A stretch of 55,482 nt of DNA, taken from positions 1 to 55,482 of the forward strand of contig KZ539027.1 in assembly GCA_000934665.2 (NCBI GenBank), written 5' to 3'. The position numbers and the translations under genes are program-made. A model generated the notes under the pieces. The model saw only the letters and a program-made list of their open reading frames with translations. It was not told the DNA's origin and ran no database searches. Positions 25,355 through 38,433 of this stretch are shown piece by piece (position 1 is the first letter of the stretch; every line of letters begins with the position of its first letter). The DNA is from Catajapyx aquilonaris. Its lineage: Eukaryota.

Positions 25355-28300
25355 TGTAATTTTTTAATGCCAAAGGTATGGACATGTGAGGTTGGAAAAT
25401 GCATATTTCCCAGCCAATGCAAAGGTGGGATTTCAGACGGTTCGCAAGGTAGAACAGAATCATGGATATCAGAACGGAATGACGGATGCATAAACGGGTG
25501 GGGTGGGGAGTACACATATGATTGGGGGATGGGAATCATCACTGACTATAAGTCGGAAGCAATTTAAAATGAATTGTCTACCGCAGGATTAGAAAAACGT
25601 GAGCGAAGTGAGCGGTTTCTATGCCTGCACCATAGAAAAATTCGAGAGTTTTTCTAGTAAAATATAATAAAATCTTATCATCTTGTGGCCTAATATGTGA
25701 ACCTGATCCAAGATTATTTACCTGGATTTAATACCTTTCAGTGTGAAAGATGGAGAGTTTCGCCGTTACCATGGGTCTCGAGATAAGGATGAGTTCATCA
25801 GCTTCATCGAGGAAAAAAAATGGGAAAACATGGAGAAGATACCAGGATGGAAGTCACCTGGATCTTTCCAAATGAGCCTTGTTGCGTGCTTCTTTAAACT
25901 TTCGATGACCCTTCGTGTAAGTAGTCTCTTAATGTCCTCCTTTTTGAGAAAGCGCACCATGTTGCATGCATACAGTGGTGTATCATACAGAGTGAAGGGT
26001 AACTCCCAGGTAGACTGATAGTACTTGAAAAACTAATATAGGGATGTGCAATTAGTTTTTGGCTCCATTGCGTAGTTAATGTGTACAGCGCCCTTAAAGT
26101 GTAGAGGGACAGATGGTAAAATACGAGGTAAAGTATGACAAAGTGCATGGGTGTTGCACCAGGATTCTTACTGACAGGATTTGATCACCTATTGCACATA
26201 GACGATGAGATAGGGTACCAAGGCCAGATTATTTGCAGGTCCTCGAGCACTTTTAGAAACAGCTGGAGCAGATGTGACGTCACGAAACTTTGAAGGCGCC
26301 TTACGCAACTATGGACATACGAAACTAATTGCACATCTCTATATTAGTTTTGCAAGCACTATCAGTCTACTGGGCGATTATCCGCGAGTTTCCCTTCACC
26401 CTGTCTAGGGGCATTTCGGAACATGAGAAGGGAATCCCTACATGACCAGAAAAAGCCAAGAAAGTGCAGATTGTTTTATTTTTACTGTATTTTTATTGTA
26501 AAGAATATAAGATGAAAGACTTGGCCTGCTCACCTTCAAGCCTCCTGTAGACAAGTAAAATATTTTCACCTCAAAAGGAAGGGCAAAAACCATGAACAAC
26601 GGTAGTTAAAAGTGTGAATCAGCTGCTATGCCATTGGTTTGAAGGAAAGCAACTCAAACATATGTGTTGCATGTGAATTTTGCCTGCAAGTCAACAAGGT
26701 TTATAGCATATTTGATTGCCTATGGCTCCAATCTGGGACACTACTTAGTCTTCAGTCTGGCCTATTGAAGTTGCTTCTCTTTAAGCCCTCAGTTGCTACC
26801 TGAAGTTTTTTTGTGGAATTTATAAGCACCCTGTACAGGTAAGTCCAAAACGAAATGTACAAGTAATCCTAATTAAATTGACCAGCTGACATGTCGGATG
26901 ATAATTATGCTGGATCCACTTATGGAGGCTACTATTAACCGCAAAAGTAATGTCACACTGTTATGTGATGGTGTCCACAACTTGTTGTTTAACATGGGTT
27001 GTGGATTCCGTAATATTGCCAAATTAACATCCGTAACTCGGCCACGCCCATGCTAAGCAACAAATCGCGGACGCCATCACATAACATTACTTTTGCGGTT
27101 AATAGTACACTGTGTACACTAACTGTAAGTGGCAGGACATTGAAAGCAGTAACAAGTGCCCTCTAATTTATATGCAACCCCTTTTTTTTGGCAATTTTTG
27201 ATGTTGCACTGCATGAAGACCAATCAGAAAATTCTTCATCATCATCCTACAATTGGATGGTCACCATACAGAACATCCCATGTACTATATCGCCCAAAAA
27301 GATAGAGACGATTTTGCATTTGACTCAAGTGCAACTTGCACTTGAATCAAATGCCAATCGTCTCTATCTTTTTGAGCGATGTAGTACATCCACAGTCGAA
27401 AGTGAGGTATTAGTGCCAATGAACAGAGCCTCCTTCAATGCATATGTACCAAAACAGTTGCATTTCGAAACAGCATATGACACCTTCAAATTATAGTGAA
27501 ATCTCAATATACAGTAAAACTTCTATAAGTCAAAAAAACCATGGGACCGGAAAAAAACTTAGAGTTATAGGATATTCGAGTTAGAGAAGTTCGGAAATTT
27601 TTAATCACATAACTCTATAAGGATGCCTACCTTTATATCCAGCGACAAAAGGCGTTCAAAACCTAAAAATTACTGTCACTATGACACTACAATGTTCCTC
27701 ATTGTTTTGTTGGGAAAAAAAAATCTCCGTTATGCACATTTGCCTACTCTTAGATCGACTCTCACTTTTAATAAAATATTCAATTGTCACAATCGAGTCA
27801 AACACTTCTTTCGGTACGTCTGGTCGCGATTCCACCCACACACACGAAGATTGGCCTACTCTTGACCCTTCGGCTGGGAGAGAAATGAGAAAATTTTCCG
27901 TACTCGCCAACATGAACTTTGACTTAGGGAGACTGAAAATGCATCAATATCCCATCATAAGGCCCTGTCTGCTCTTCAAGTTATGGAGAACTTTGGGTTA
28001 TAGAAATTCGAGTTAGGGAAATTTATTTCCTATTACTTGACATTGTGACCAACCAAGCTCATAATTTTCTTCAACTTGACCGAAGCAGGTTGGCATAGTG
28101 GATAAGGCGTCCGACTGCTAATCGGGAGGTCCTGGGTTCGAATCCCGGGGCCGGCAACTCTGACCGTGGTTTTCTGTGGTTTTCTGTGGTTTTCTGTGGT
28201 TTTCCGTGGTTTTCCACGGTCCTTCCAGGAAAATTCCGGAGTTGTTTCCGTAATTAACAGGCCACAGCCGCTTCCTTCTGTCCCTATCCCATCCCAAAAA

Positions 28301-31300
28301 GTGCAGTAAAATGAAAGCAAAGAGTTCCAGGCAAAAGAAAACTTCCCCCCTAAAGAGCCGAAAAAGGCTGATAACGGGGTATGAATTATTATATAATTAT
28401 TATTAATTTTCTTCAACTTATATAGAAGTTCGACTTATAAAAGATTTACTGTAACTCTCTTCAAGGGGCCGTTCAAAAGAAGCGTTATAAGCAGGAATTC
28501 ATGATATGCGGGAAATGGGTTTTTATGCATCCTTTTCTCAGGAAATAAATGCTCCCAAATACATACCCTTACATTTTGAACTACTTTTGGATTTGGGAGA
28601 TAACCTGCCACTTGCTTCTTTTGGTGACTTCATTCCATCTTTTCGTGTTGTTAAAACTTAATGTATCACTCTTTATTTCAGTCGGTGCACAACTCAATGG
28701 TGGAGGAACTGGGACTACCTACATGGGTTTCTTACCTTGCTTTTGCTGCTGCAACTATTATTGTTGGAGCTCTGCTGGGCTTGGTAAGAACTTACACATT
28801 TTTCAACTTGATACATGCAACTAAAGTAGTGACTTATTGGCCCTGCATTAGTAGGGACTGTGGAATGAATAAGTGACTTGGAGAGTAGAAGCATCGAGTG
28901 TTATTGAAGGAGGTGCAAAGTATAAATCATGTCTCCTTTTTTAAAGGTACTGGTTTGCATTATCGACTGTGTGTACCCACAAAAGGGATCCCTATCCCCC
29001 AAGGCCAACATGGAGGATCATCCAGAAGATGAGGGTGTAGTTGAAAGCGCTAACCATGATGTAAGTTCATTTATGTGTGTGAATCTAACCTAACTATAGT
29101 TGCAGCATATGAGTGGTCATGTGATTTCCCAATCATTTTTAATCAAAAGGACAGCTCAGCATATTCTAAAATTTAGCACAGCTGGACTGTTATTTTCAAT
29201 GTGATTAAGTTCAAGTGACTGTCTATGTATCTAAGCACAGTTGTGGTAGCAAGCTCCATATATGTTGTGGGCTGGAAGACCGGAGCTGCCAGGGTAGTCA
29301 AAGATATGATGAAAAACCCATGTTGTGGTCATTTTTAGGTTGATGCTAGGGGAAGTCTTCCATCTGGAAATGGGATGGTCAAGGTCACCAGTATATATTT
29401 TAAAGACATTTATTGCACATATGGCAAAAAAACAAGAAGTCCAGCAATTTGCTAGGTGTATTTTTGACATTTTAAAATTCTTCACTAATGACAGTAACAA
29501 AAAAGCCAAAAAAGCCATGCTCATTGTTTACTTAATTGCAACAAAGAATCAGACACCTAAGCCAATAAAGTCAGCGGCAATCGAACCTGACAGGATGTGA
29601 AACCTCCCTTTGCCAAAGCCCCTCTTCCAGCCATCATGAGCAGGGAGTTTTTTAAAAGGTGATTTGACGTCGCAAATTCACTGACATGGTGGCATCCATG
29701 TAAGTTGCAAACTGTCCTTCATACTTCATCGAATGTGTATTGTGACTCATCAATTGCCAGATTGTTGATTGGACCTCTGGGTTTGTGGTAGTACTGATAG
29801 GTCAGCCTGAACAAGGCAGAAGGCAGCAGGATTGAAATTCATGTAATTCTTTTTGCCATGTTAATATCCCATTCTTTTGGGACAACCAGAGCAATGGAGA
29901 CCAAAAAACTTATCCCATTAGGGACACTTATTTTTAGACCCACTCATAATGCAAGCAGCTCAGAGTACTCTCTGTTCTGAATACTACCCACAGGTAATAT
30001 ATTATCAGATGGGTTTACCTTGAAATTGGTATGTTCATAAATTGTTACTGTACTCTGAGGGTGAGAAACCTGCATATATTCATTGCGGAACATATAGACG
30101 GTATGGGGATGTGTGTCACTTCAGCAGGCTTGTGAGTGGCATGGGCAGTTTAAAAGCGTGGTGTCAAACTGGGATGATGCAGCTCACTCTGGCACCTGAC
30201 ACTATTAATGAAGTGTAACGGGTGGTACAGGAAAACCACAGGTAACAATTGACGAATTGAGTGCTGAATGGAAGATTAGTTATTGCTTGGCCCACCACAT
30301 CGTTTGCTATCTGCTGTGTACCGGAAAGTGTTCACCAAGTGGGTACCAAAACAACTCAGCCCCAACCTGAAAGAAAATGTTCTTTCAGGTCGGGGGCGAG
30401 TTGTTATGGTTTGGATGTTTGAGAAACTCTGTTATGATCTATCTACAGGGCCTTATTTCCCAATAGGCAAAGTAGGCAACTGCCTAGAGTGGCAAATTTT
30501 TAGGGGTGGCAAATGGGAGCGAAACTGTCTCTTGTACTGCGGGAAAAATTGTGGCAGGGTCGTATTTCCCGCCATGGAAGTTGTACGATAGTTTGCATGT
30601 ACAGTAAAAACTAAACAGTTTAAAAATTATTCAATCAGTTGATAAGTTTTATTTCCATAAATACCATCTAATGTGGTGAGATTGTGCCAGCGCATTTTTT
30701 GGACAACAGTGTGCCCTACTGGGAGCAGACGTCAACTAAGCGAATTTAGACATGTTTCTCTACATTGAGGAATGGTCACGGTTGGCAATGACGAGCACGT
30801 GACGAGTAAAATTCACGTTTTGTTGTGATAAGGCTCGTAAAATAAATTTTTGTTGATGTTTTGATTTTCGCCAAGTGTTGCATTGGTATAGTGTTGGTTG
30901 GATGATTCTTTCTCGTGAGCAGTAATAAAGGTGGCGTTTGGTAAATATATTTTATATACAGGGTGTTTCAGAGTCATGGGTCAAGCGCGCGCGAGGGGGT
31001 GGGGAAAAATCGTAGGTGGCAACAACCCCAGTCAGATTTATAAAACAATTAGAAATACGGCAGTAATCAATTTATTTATTATGCCGGTACGGCGTGACGT
31101 CACATCCTTTCTGTTCGAATTGACTGGCAGATGCAGCATGGGTTGAACCTGGTTGAACGGCTTTTTAGCCTTGTGGGTGCACTGAAAAAGGCGCTCTCAT
31201 GCTATACCGGTAGGATACTGTACAAAGTAGTGTACTACTGTACAAAGTAGTGTACTACTGTACAAAGTAGTGTACTACTGTACAATAGTGTGTACACTAC

Positions 31301-33566
31301 CCTGCCGTTATAGCAGGAGTGCGCCTTTTTCAGTGCAACCCGCAAGGATAAAAAGGCGTTCAACCAGGTTCAACCCATGCTGCATCTGCCAGTCCATGCC
31401 AGTCAATTCGAACAGAAAGGATGTGACGTCACGCCGTACGGGCGTAATGAATAAATTGATTACGGCCGTATTTCTAATTGTTTTATAAAACCGACTGGGG
31501 TTGTCGCCACCTACGATTTTTCCCCACCCCCTTGCGCGCGCTTGACCCGTGACTCTGAAACACCCTGTATCGTGTATACGTATTAAAAACTGAACTCAAT
31601 TGAGCTCTTGCCTGTCTTGTAAGCAAAAGAAAGGCAAAGTTGAGCGTTTCATTTTATTTCATTTTTGTAAAAACTGCCAATGACTTCCTGGCAATAATCT
31701 GGACATAAGCCTACTACTGTAAGTACTGGGTTCACAAGGAACGGGTTAAAAAAGCTACTTTGATTACGACTGGGCGTTTTAAATCCAGAGTTGTGCAATT
31801 ATGCTTGAACTATGACAAAATTAGTAAACAAATGTGCACTTGACGGAGTGAGAGTGTGCCACTGTGTTTTCACCACTATTTCACTGATTTTCATGTGATG
31901 GGACGAGTTTACGTGAAGATCGGTCAGAAGCTTTGGCAGAAATCAACCTTTTTTAAATGAAAAAAAGTGACAAATTGAATGTAGCCAAAGCTACCAGAGG
32001 AGCTGTGGTACAGAAAAGATCAGGTGAAGCGGAAGATAAGACAGTCCATGCAGCAATAAAAATCAGGGGAGTGGCGTTAACATAATAGACAGGAAACCTT
32101 GGGTTTCAAAGTTTTGTTGGTTTTTAAAATTTCATTTTTACCTATGTGCCTACCTATAACTAGTCCTCTTCGCAGGTTTCAACATTTTCTATTTGTAGGC
32201 CTATTTTGAATTCCTTCAGTTAGTATGTCTACTATCCGTTTATTTAATATAGAGCCCTGTGTTTGACTCTAAACTCCCAGGCAAATTATTAAAAAAAATA
32301 AAGTTATATATCGTTCGAAAGCTTGTTTAAATCCACGTTACACATGTGCGAGCTGCATTCCTATTGTCAGTCTCTAATTTTTTATTGTAAAAAGAAGGCG
32401 AAAAGTGTCATTTTTTGACAAGTTGCTGACGTTGTACCGCAAAGTGAATTTTTTATGACACTTTCAGGAGGCCAAAAAAATCCCCCTGTGAACCCTGGAT
32501 AGTGCACATCTTTATCTATCTATTGATATATTTGAAATATTGAGATCGCCATTTCTGTAATCATAATTAAGTCAATTGCACACCTCTGTTATCTCTGCTG
32601 TTTATAATCCGAATTACTTCGCGAATGTATCGACGGCAAGCCAGAAATGTGCGTGATAAGATTACATTGTGCTCTATTACACTAAAAAATTTAAAAGTAT
32701 TGTTTTAGTGAGTTTAATAGAAAAGGACCCAGCCCTCTTTCTGGCGGGAATAGACGGCGATAAATTTTTTAGTGTAATAGAGCACAATATTATTCTGGTT
32801 TGCTAATAAGAAAAACCTCAAATTGTGGCACAATCTCACCCCGTTTGACTACGAATTATCTGTATGCTCATTCTGCGTATTTACAGAAGGAATGGTGGGG
32901 GGGGGGGGGAGGCGGCAGATGACCAACTGCCGACCCGCAAAAAAAAGTGTAAATACAGCCCTGTCTATCTACCACATCCTCTATATTCACCTGACCTTGT
33001 ACCATACGATTATCAATTGTTTGGATGTGGTAGGTGGAAGAGTTTCAGTACCGACGATGTGGTAAAAGAGGCAGTACATATGTGGCTATGTATTCAGTTA
33101 TAAGATTTTTTTTCTGGAGGAATTCAGGCATTAGTGAAGTGGTAGCATACCTGCATTTAATGTGGTGGGTACTATGTTGGAAAGTGATAAAGCGTGTGCA
33201 ATCATATTTCTACATGTGATGTTCATAAATACATTAATGTCACTTCTTGACTCACCCTTGTATTGTGCTGGCTCCATGTGATATGCTTGTTCTGGTGCAG
33301 CAAAACTATAGTTTCTCTTCTATCATTAATCAATTAATGAACCAATGCTGCAGGATGAAGAAGATGAGGATGACATCATTGAAGATGATCGTGAAGAAGA
33401 AGGCTATGAATCCCTTCAGGAAACGCACGAAACCAAAGAACATGCTGCCAAAGAGGAGGAAGAGGAGGAGGAAGAGGTGGAGGGGGAGGATGAAAAGGTA
33501 GAGAATGAGAAGGAGGAGCAGCCAAGTGGGGAAGTGCGGAAGAGGAAAGTTCAGAGGGTGGACTGA
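20588..33566 (+). CDS. TMX1: Thioredoxin-related transmembrane protein 1-like (ER oxidoreductase), 312 aa; exons 20588-20760, 20852-21013, 25742-25916, 28682-28783, 28947-29060, 33354-33566
   Basis: Signal peptide, GEWMVEFFAPWCPAC active site, PGLSGRFMVAALPTIYHVKDGEFRRY, TM helix (WVSYLAFAAATIIVGALLGLVLVCIIDC), acidic tail ending in VRKRKV. All introns are GT-AG with compatible phases. Confidence 0.93.
21053..21326 (+). mobile_element. tRNA-derived SINE, family C (TMX intron 2)
   Basis: A and B boxes (GGTGGTTAGC, GGTTCAAACC), body containing GCACGTTAAAGATCCCC, TSD AGCCCACTGCATT (21040-21052 / 21327-21339). Confidence 0.85.
22638..23619. mobile_element. Fold-back mariner derivative: two inverted copies of the 3' half of a mariner transposase gene plus TIR
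   Basis: TA-flanked 431-bp inverted arms (22638-23068 / 23189-23619). The right arm encodes ...LLHDN...PHPPYSPDLALTDYHLF... (mariner catalytic motifs), and the left arm is a slightly diverged copy. 46-bp tandem duplication in the spacer. Confidence 0.93.
25285..25351. repeat. (AAT)n microsatellite
   Basis: Direct observation. Confidence 0.97.
26930..27107. mobile_element. Palindromic MITE
   Basis: TACTATTAACCGCAAAAGTAATGT ... ACATTACTTTTGCGGTTAATAGTA. Confidence 0.8.
27283..27386. mobile_element. Hairpin MITE, P100 copy (opposite orientation)
   Basis: Close to the reverse complement of 6185-6288. Confidence 0.85.
27512..28451. mobile_element. Tc1/mariner(pogo)-type MITE hosting a SINE
   Basis: TA|CAGTAAAACTTCTATAAGTC ... 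GACTTATAAAAGATTTACTG|TA. Confidence 0.7.
28078..28403 (+). mobile_element. tRNA-derived SINE, family B, nested in a MITE
   Basis: ACCGAAGCAGGTTGGCATAGTGG...GGTTCGAATCCC, TSD TAATTTTCTTCAACTT (28062-28077 / 28404-28419). Confidence 0.9.
30959..31567. mobile_element. Palindromic Tc1/mariner-type MITE with a central 20-bp tandem repeat
   Basis: TA|CAGGGTGTTTCAGAGTCA ... TGACTCTGAAACACCCTG|TA, about 250-bp arms, centre (TACTGTACAAAGTAGTGTAC) x about 4. Confidence 0.9.
32666..32788. repeat. Short inverted repeat / MITE
   Basis: ATTGTGCTCTATTACACTAAAAAATTTA ... TAAATTTTTTAGTGTAATAGAGCACAAT. Confidence 0.7.
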
Positions 33567-34807
33567 ACTATTTTGTGGGCAAAAGTTAAAAGGTGAAAGT
33601 TGTGCCTTGTAAGGATATGACTTGTGTGAAATAGAAAATATGGAGTGGGTTATATGTGTGCGTGTGTGAATGCATGTGTGAGGTGTGATCAATGTCAAGG
33701 AGTTTGGAATTCCAATACATGAGGAGAGAGATGATAATCAGTTTTTATTTTCAAACATTGATCTCGCCTTGGTTTTCTGCCCTCCAAAGACTTGGAGGGC
33801 TATTATTATTTTCTTCTGCAAGTAAAGATGAGAGAGAAGGCTGAGTCTGTCAGAAGCTCAATATTTGTAGCGCACAGGGCAGCTTTTTTCCCCCCTCCCA
33901 TATGTCCAACGATTACCAAGCTTGTGCACCACTTTCACTTGGCCCTTTTCTGCAAATGCCCATTTCAATCTTGATATTTTTCAAGAGACTGTTGTTCAGT
34001 TGAGATTACAAGTGGCTGATAGATCTACATGAAATTTTGGACTGCAAATGGCAGAAGAGTGCTGATAATTTAAATCTTTGTGGAACACAAACCTTAAATC
34101 TAAGAAGTTAATCCCAAAACACACCTAGCTGAGTTAATTAAGAGCAGATAAAAATGAGATTTGAGTGGGGATTACCTCTCTACTTAAACAAAGGTGCAAA
34201 TTGAAATGTTTTGAGATTAATCTTTTTAAGTAAGGTAGTATTGTATTACCTGGTATTCTGAGGCATGCTGGTAAAAATGGGGTTGACCAGATTTTATCAA
34301 ACACATCTCATGGCTATACTGGCATGCTAGTATAAGGTGGGGTCAGCCGGTATAGAGTGGAGTTTTGTCTATGTTTTACTTGCAAAAAGTGCGTAACTTT
34401 TTTTGAGCTGTTAAGTGACATTGTGTACTGTTCCCCCATCTGCATCACCAGTCTGTCTGGAACAGCTGCTGTAATTCACTTTCTAAATGTTACAATAAAA
34501 TGCACCCTCCCCTCCACTCCATCATCGAGGACTAAGGAGTCAACATGGTTGCATTCTATGGCTGCCATAAGAGCTGTGCAGCTAAATGGATTAAATTTTT
34601 AAGCCTTATTGGCATTTGCATAAAATATTTTAAACATTCGAACTTATTAGTATTTATATCATTGGGAACACCAGTAATTTCGAAGGGAAGGAGAAAATCA
34701 CGAAAATACCCACTTTATACCGGCCAGCCAGTATTCTCAGGTTATATCGGCCTCTTGATTGACCTCGTTTCATACTGGCATTCTGCAGAATGCGGGATAG
34801 TATGTTA

Positions 34808-35203
34808 CAGGCAGCCCCCAACTTAAGTAAGTGGGTCATTCCGCAAAGTTGTATGTAAATGGATTTTCACGTAACTCGGGACTTTTTCAAAATCATACAG
34901 CATACTGTACTGTACCTTATGCATCGATGCTGGATGGAGTCAGTCTTATTCCATTGAGACATTGTAAGATGGAAGGGATTCCTCACAAGGCCCAGTAACG
35001 AGGTGTAAATGTCTGTCATGTGTAAATTGAGTTGGGGAATCTTGGCAGGCAGGTTTAAGTTGTCACCCGCAGCAATTAATGAGTTTTTTGCAATTGGTAG
35101 AATTTTATGATCACAGTTTGTTTTGTCAAGTCTGTAAATTTTTTTGCGTATATAAAAATTTTAAAATGTAAAGTTCAGAACTACGTAAGTCGAGGGTTGC
35201 CTG
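34808..35203. mobile_element. Tigger/pogo-like MITE
   Basis: TA|CAGGCAGCCCCCAACTTA ... TAAGTCGAGGGTTGCCTG|TA. Confidence 0.6.
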
Positions 35204-35487
35204 TAGTTGGTCAATTTTAATTTATTCTTGAACTGAATGCAGTCCATTACAATTCCATGCGAATTTTCTTGTTTTTCACTTTGAATTGTCATAACATGGT
35301 AATGGCAATATTGTATTCCTTCACTTTGTGTTAACTGTACTTTCTGTTTAAAAGATTTTTTTCAAGTTTTTGTCTGGCCTTTTTTATTGCTTAGCTCTCT
35401 TGGTACCTTACGAGTACCATGCAGAAGTGGTGGATCTGACAAAGTTAATTTGGAGCCTAGAATGGGAAATTAGCATGGCATGAATAG

Positions 35488-35888
35488 AGGGCTGTGGGGG
35501 AAAAACATGGTGACTGACATTTTTGTCATTTTTTACCTAAACACCTAGCAACTATGTATAAAGGCCATTTCACAAAAAAAAAAACGCGCGGCAAACGGCG
35601 CGCGTTGCGGCATATTTATTATTTATATTTATTATTGCCAAAAATTAATAATAATTGGCGGGGCAGGCGTTTGCCGCTTGACGCTGCCGCAAAATCTTTT
35701 TGTGTTTTGGCCTTAAGACATGACAAACAGTTTGGTATACTCCAATTTCATGTATCATGCATGAGACGGCCACACGGACTAGATCAAAACCAGCATTCCC
35801 TATGATTTGTTAAGCAAATTCAAACTTCAATTCGCTCTCCTGAAAAATTACTCTTTTGTCAGTTATCATGTTTTTCCCCTACACCCCT
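35488..35888. mobile_element. MITE family H copy with a nested ~150-bp Harbinger-like insertion (about 35563-35712)
   Basis: Homologous to 5433-6147. The insert has GGCC...CACAAAAA / TTTTTGTG...GGCC ends flanked by TAAA/TTAA. Confidence 0.7.
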
Positions 35889-37729
35889 ATAGTACCATGT
35901 GGAAATAAGGATTACAGCAAAATCCTCTTGCAAGAGCTGGTGGTGAGTCTTATGGAAATTAATGAGGAAGGCAAGGGCAGGTACAATTTTTATATTGGGT
36001 CATAAGTCGGGGAATTATGAATAGTCAATATGTCCCAGGGTTGCCAGTTGCTTTGTCAGGAGCACCTGTCCTGCCCTGCCCTGCCCTGTAATATTTCTTT
36101 ATAACAAGATTTTTGTTGTCACACCTCATGTTTATTCAAATTTACACTTAGGGCTATTTAATTAACATGAAAAGCAACCACTTGCTATATCCACTTAATT
36201 ACAACCTGAATGTTAGACATTGGGAACATATTTCTCTCTTGCCTACCTCTAGTATGCAATTAGTGTGGAGATGTAAAGTGTGTACAAATTGAAATATCCA
36301 TAGTGATGAGCTTTTTTTTTTTGCACACAGCTGCTTATTTTGCAGGAATTACTTTGAATCTGCTACTGGGAGAGTTTATTGAAAATATTAGAATTTGCTC
36401 ATAATGATGCTGAATGGGCTCATTGTTTTGAAGTAATGGAGGAGAGTCGAGGCTTTGAAAAATTGATCCAACTATTCACCTCAGATGCTAATAGGTCAAC
36501 AGGGCCGCTTGCAATGTGTTTCACTTGGAAATTGATCGCAATTAGGACCTGAATAAATGCTTGCAGTCAACATAATACTAGCCACTAATATTTTGACAAC
36601 TGAAGTAACTGTTCAAAAGTAATTACTTAATAAGCAGCTTGGTGGCCAGAAATGGCTAGTCACTGCAGGCATTTCAATTGGAGCATGCTACATTGTGAAA
36701 GTAAAACTAGCATCACAGTGCAGTCAGATATCTATAAACATGATACTGGTGAAATTTACTGTGCTCTGAAAGTTCCATATGAGTGGAAATCACATGCATC
36801 CCTTCCTGGTTCCTGAATCTTGCAAGAGCTTTGAGTCCACTCTGCATGTTACCCAGCTTGCCAGAGTACCATATTTCAAAAGTCACATGACCCTTGCCCA
36901 ACAAGGTTGTTACCAACGCTGCCTGCGGTTTTTGTGACACCTTCCAAACCAACTTCCTTGCCAGTGCTCTCCTTTCTTGGTGAACTCAACTGCCCTGCCG
37001 CCATTAACTTGGCTTGTCTTTTTTGGGGATGATTTTACCCCAGAATTGTTTTGATCCGAAAATGTGGCCATGTCCCTTGTTGCAAGACATGGCCATAACT
37101 TGCAAGGCATTTCTTGGCCAATTCAAATGGAAATGCCTCTGAGAATGATGTGGTAGGTTGAATGAAACAAGTAGATTCTTGTAGCAGAAAATTGCTTTTC
37201 TCAGTATTGGTAGAATTCATACATTTGTTTATGCAAAATTTTATTGCAGATTTGATAAAATGTGGGCTCATACAAGTGTTGCTTTGTTTATCCAAGATTT
37301 TTGATGACAAAATGCAGGATTTTCTGAAAATTTAGGATCATGCAACCCAAAATGTAGTCATTGAAAATTGTGTATTACTGTCGAAATATTCAAGTGCAAG
37401 GATAGATTTTTATGTGTTGTTATAATATTTATAGTGCAACTCGTTCCTAATAATAATAGATGAAAAAGTGAAACTTACATGTGTCATACATGTTATCTGA
37501 GTAGTGAAAATCTGGCCCTGAAAGTCGGAAATTTGAAATTTTTGAGTTTTCAAATGATCACAATGGCAGTATAGTTTCATATTTTAAAGGATTAAATGTC
37601 ATCATCATTGTTGTCATTTCTAAGAAAGTTACAACAGCAATGGTAAGGTAACAAAGGTAATGTTATTAGGGCCTTGTAAAAATTGGACTATAGAAACCTT
37701 CAGCATTTTTATGGCAGTGATAGCTATAA

Positions 37730-38010
37730 TAATAATTATTATTATACCCCGTTATCAGCCATCGGCTCTTTAGGGGGGAAGTTTGTTTTGCCTGGAACTC
37801 TTTGCTTTCATTTTACTGTGCTCTTTGGGATAGGATAGGGACGGGAGCGGCTGTGGCCTATTAATTACGGAAGCAACTCCGGAATTTCCCTGGAAGGACC
37901 GTGGGAAACCACAGAAAACCACAGTCAGAGTTGCCGGCCCCGGGATTCGAACCCAGGACCTCCCGATTAGCTGTTGGACGCCTTATCCACTATGCCAACC
38001 TGCTTCGGTA
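37730..38010 (-). mobile_element. tRNA-derived SINE, family B
   Basis: Reverse complement of the 28078 copy, TSD CAGTGATAGCTATAA (37715-37729 / 38011-38025). Confidence 0.9.
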
Positions 38011-38199
38011 CAGTGATAGCTATAAGATGTCCAATATTTTTGACCGTCATTTTTCATGAAACAGATATTTAATGAAAATCGATATTTGCACAATGTTGGT
38101 TGTGCAGTGTAGCAACGCTTCAGATGGGGTGTTAGAATGGGGAATCATGATTGCACACACACCAATTTTATTCAATATTTGTTTCAGTAGACAATATGC

Positions 38200-38433
38200 A
38201 CCGAAGCAGGTTGGCATGGTGGATAAGGCGTCCGACTGCTAATCGGGAGGTCCCGGGTTCGAATCCCGGGGCCGGCAACCCTGACTGTGGTTTTCTGTGC
38301 TTTTCCATGGTCTTTCTAGGATAATTCCGGGGTCGCTTCTGTATAATAGGCCACAGCCGCTTCCTTCCTTCCCTATCCTTGGAGGTTGAAAGGAAATGCT
38401 GGGCCAACCTCCTTAATATCAATTATAAAGTAA
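38200..38433 (+). mobile_element. tRNA-derived SINE, family B head with a different 3' end
   Basis: Same head and body as 28078 up to CTATCC, then an unrelated tail. TSD ACAATATGCA (38191-38200 / 38434-38443). Confidence 0.8.

Larger units (their letters stand above)
30010..33262 (+). pseudogene. Old decayed mariner transposase split by ~2.5 kb of nested insertions (TMX intron 5)
   Basis: YRKVFTKWVPKQLS (WVPxxL motif) near 30320-30360 and LPHPLYSPDLVPYDY...FSTDDVVKEAVHMWL near 32970-33090. TIR-like end TTGACTCACCCTTGTA at 33262. The 5' boundary is approximate. Confidence 0.7.

Noticed and set aside
28078..28155. tRNA-like sequences (also at 958, 21053, 38200, 46308, 53116)
   Set aside because: They lack proper acceptor stems and continue into SINE bodies with tails and TSDs, so they are not tRNA genes.
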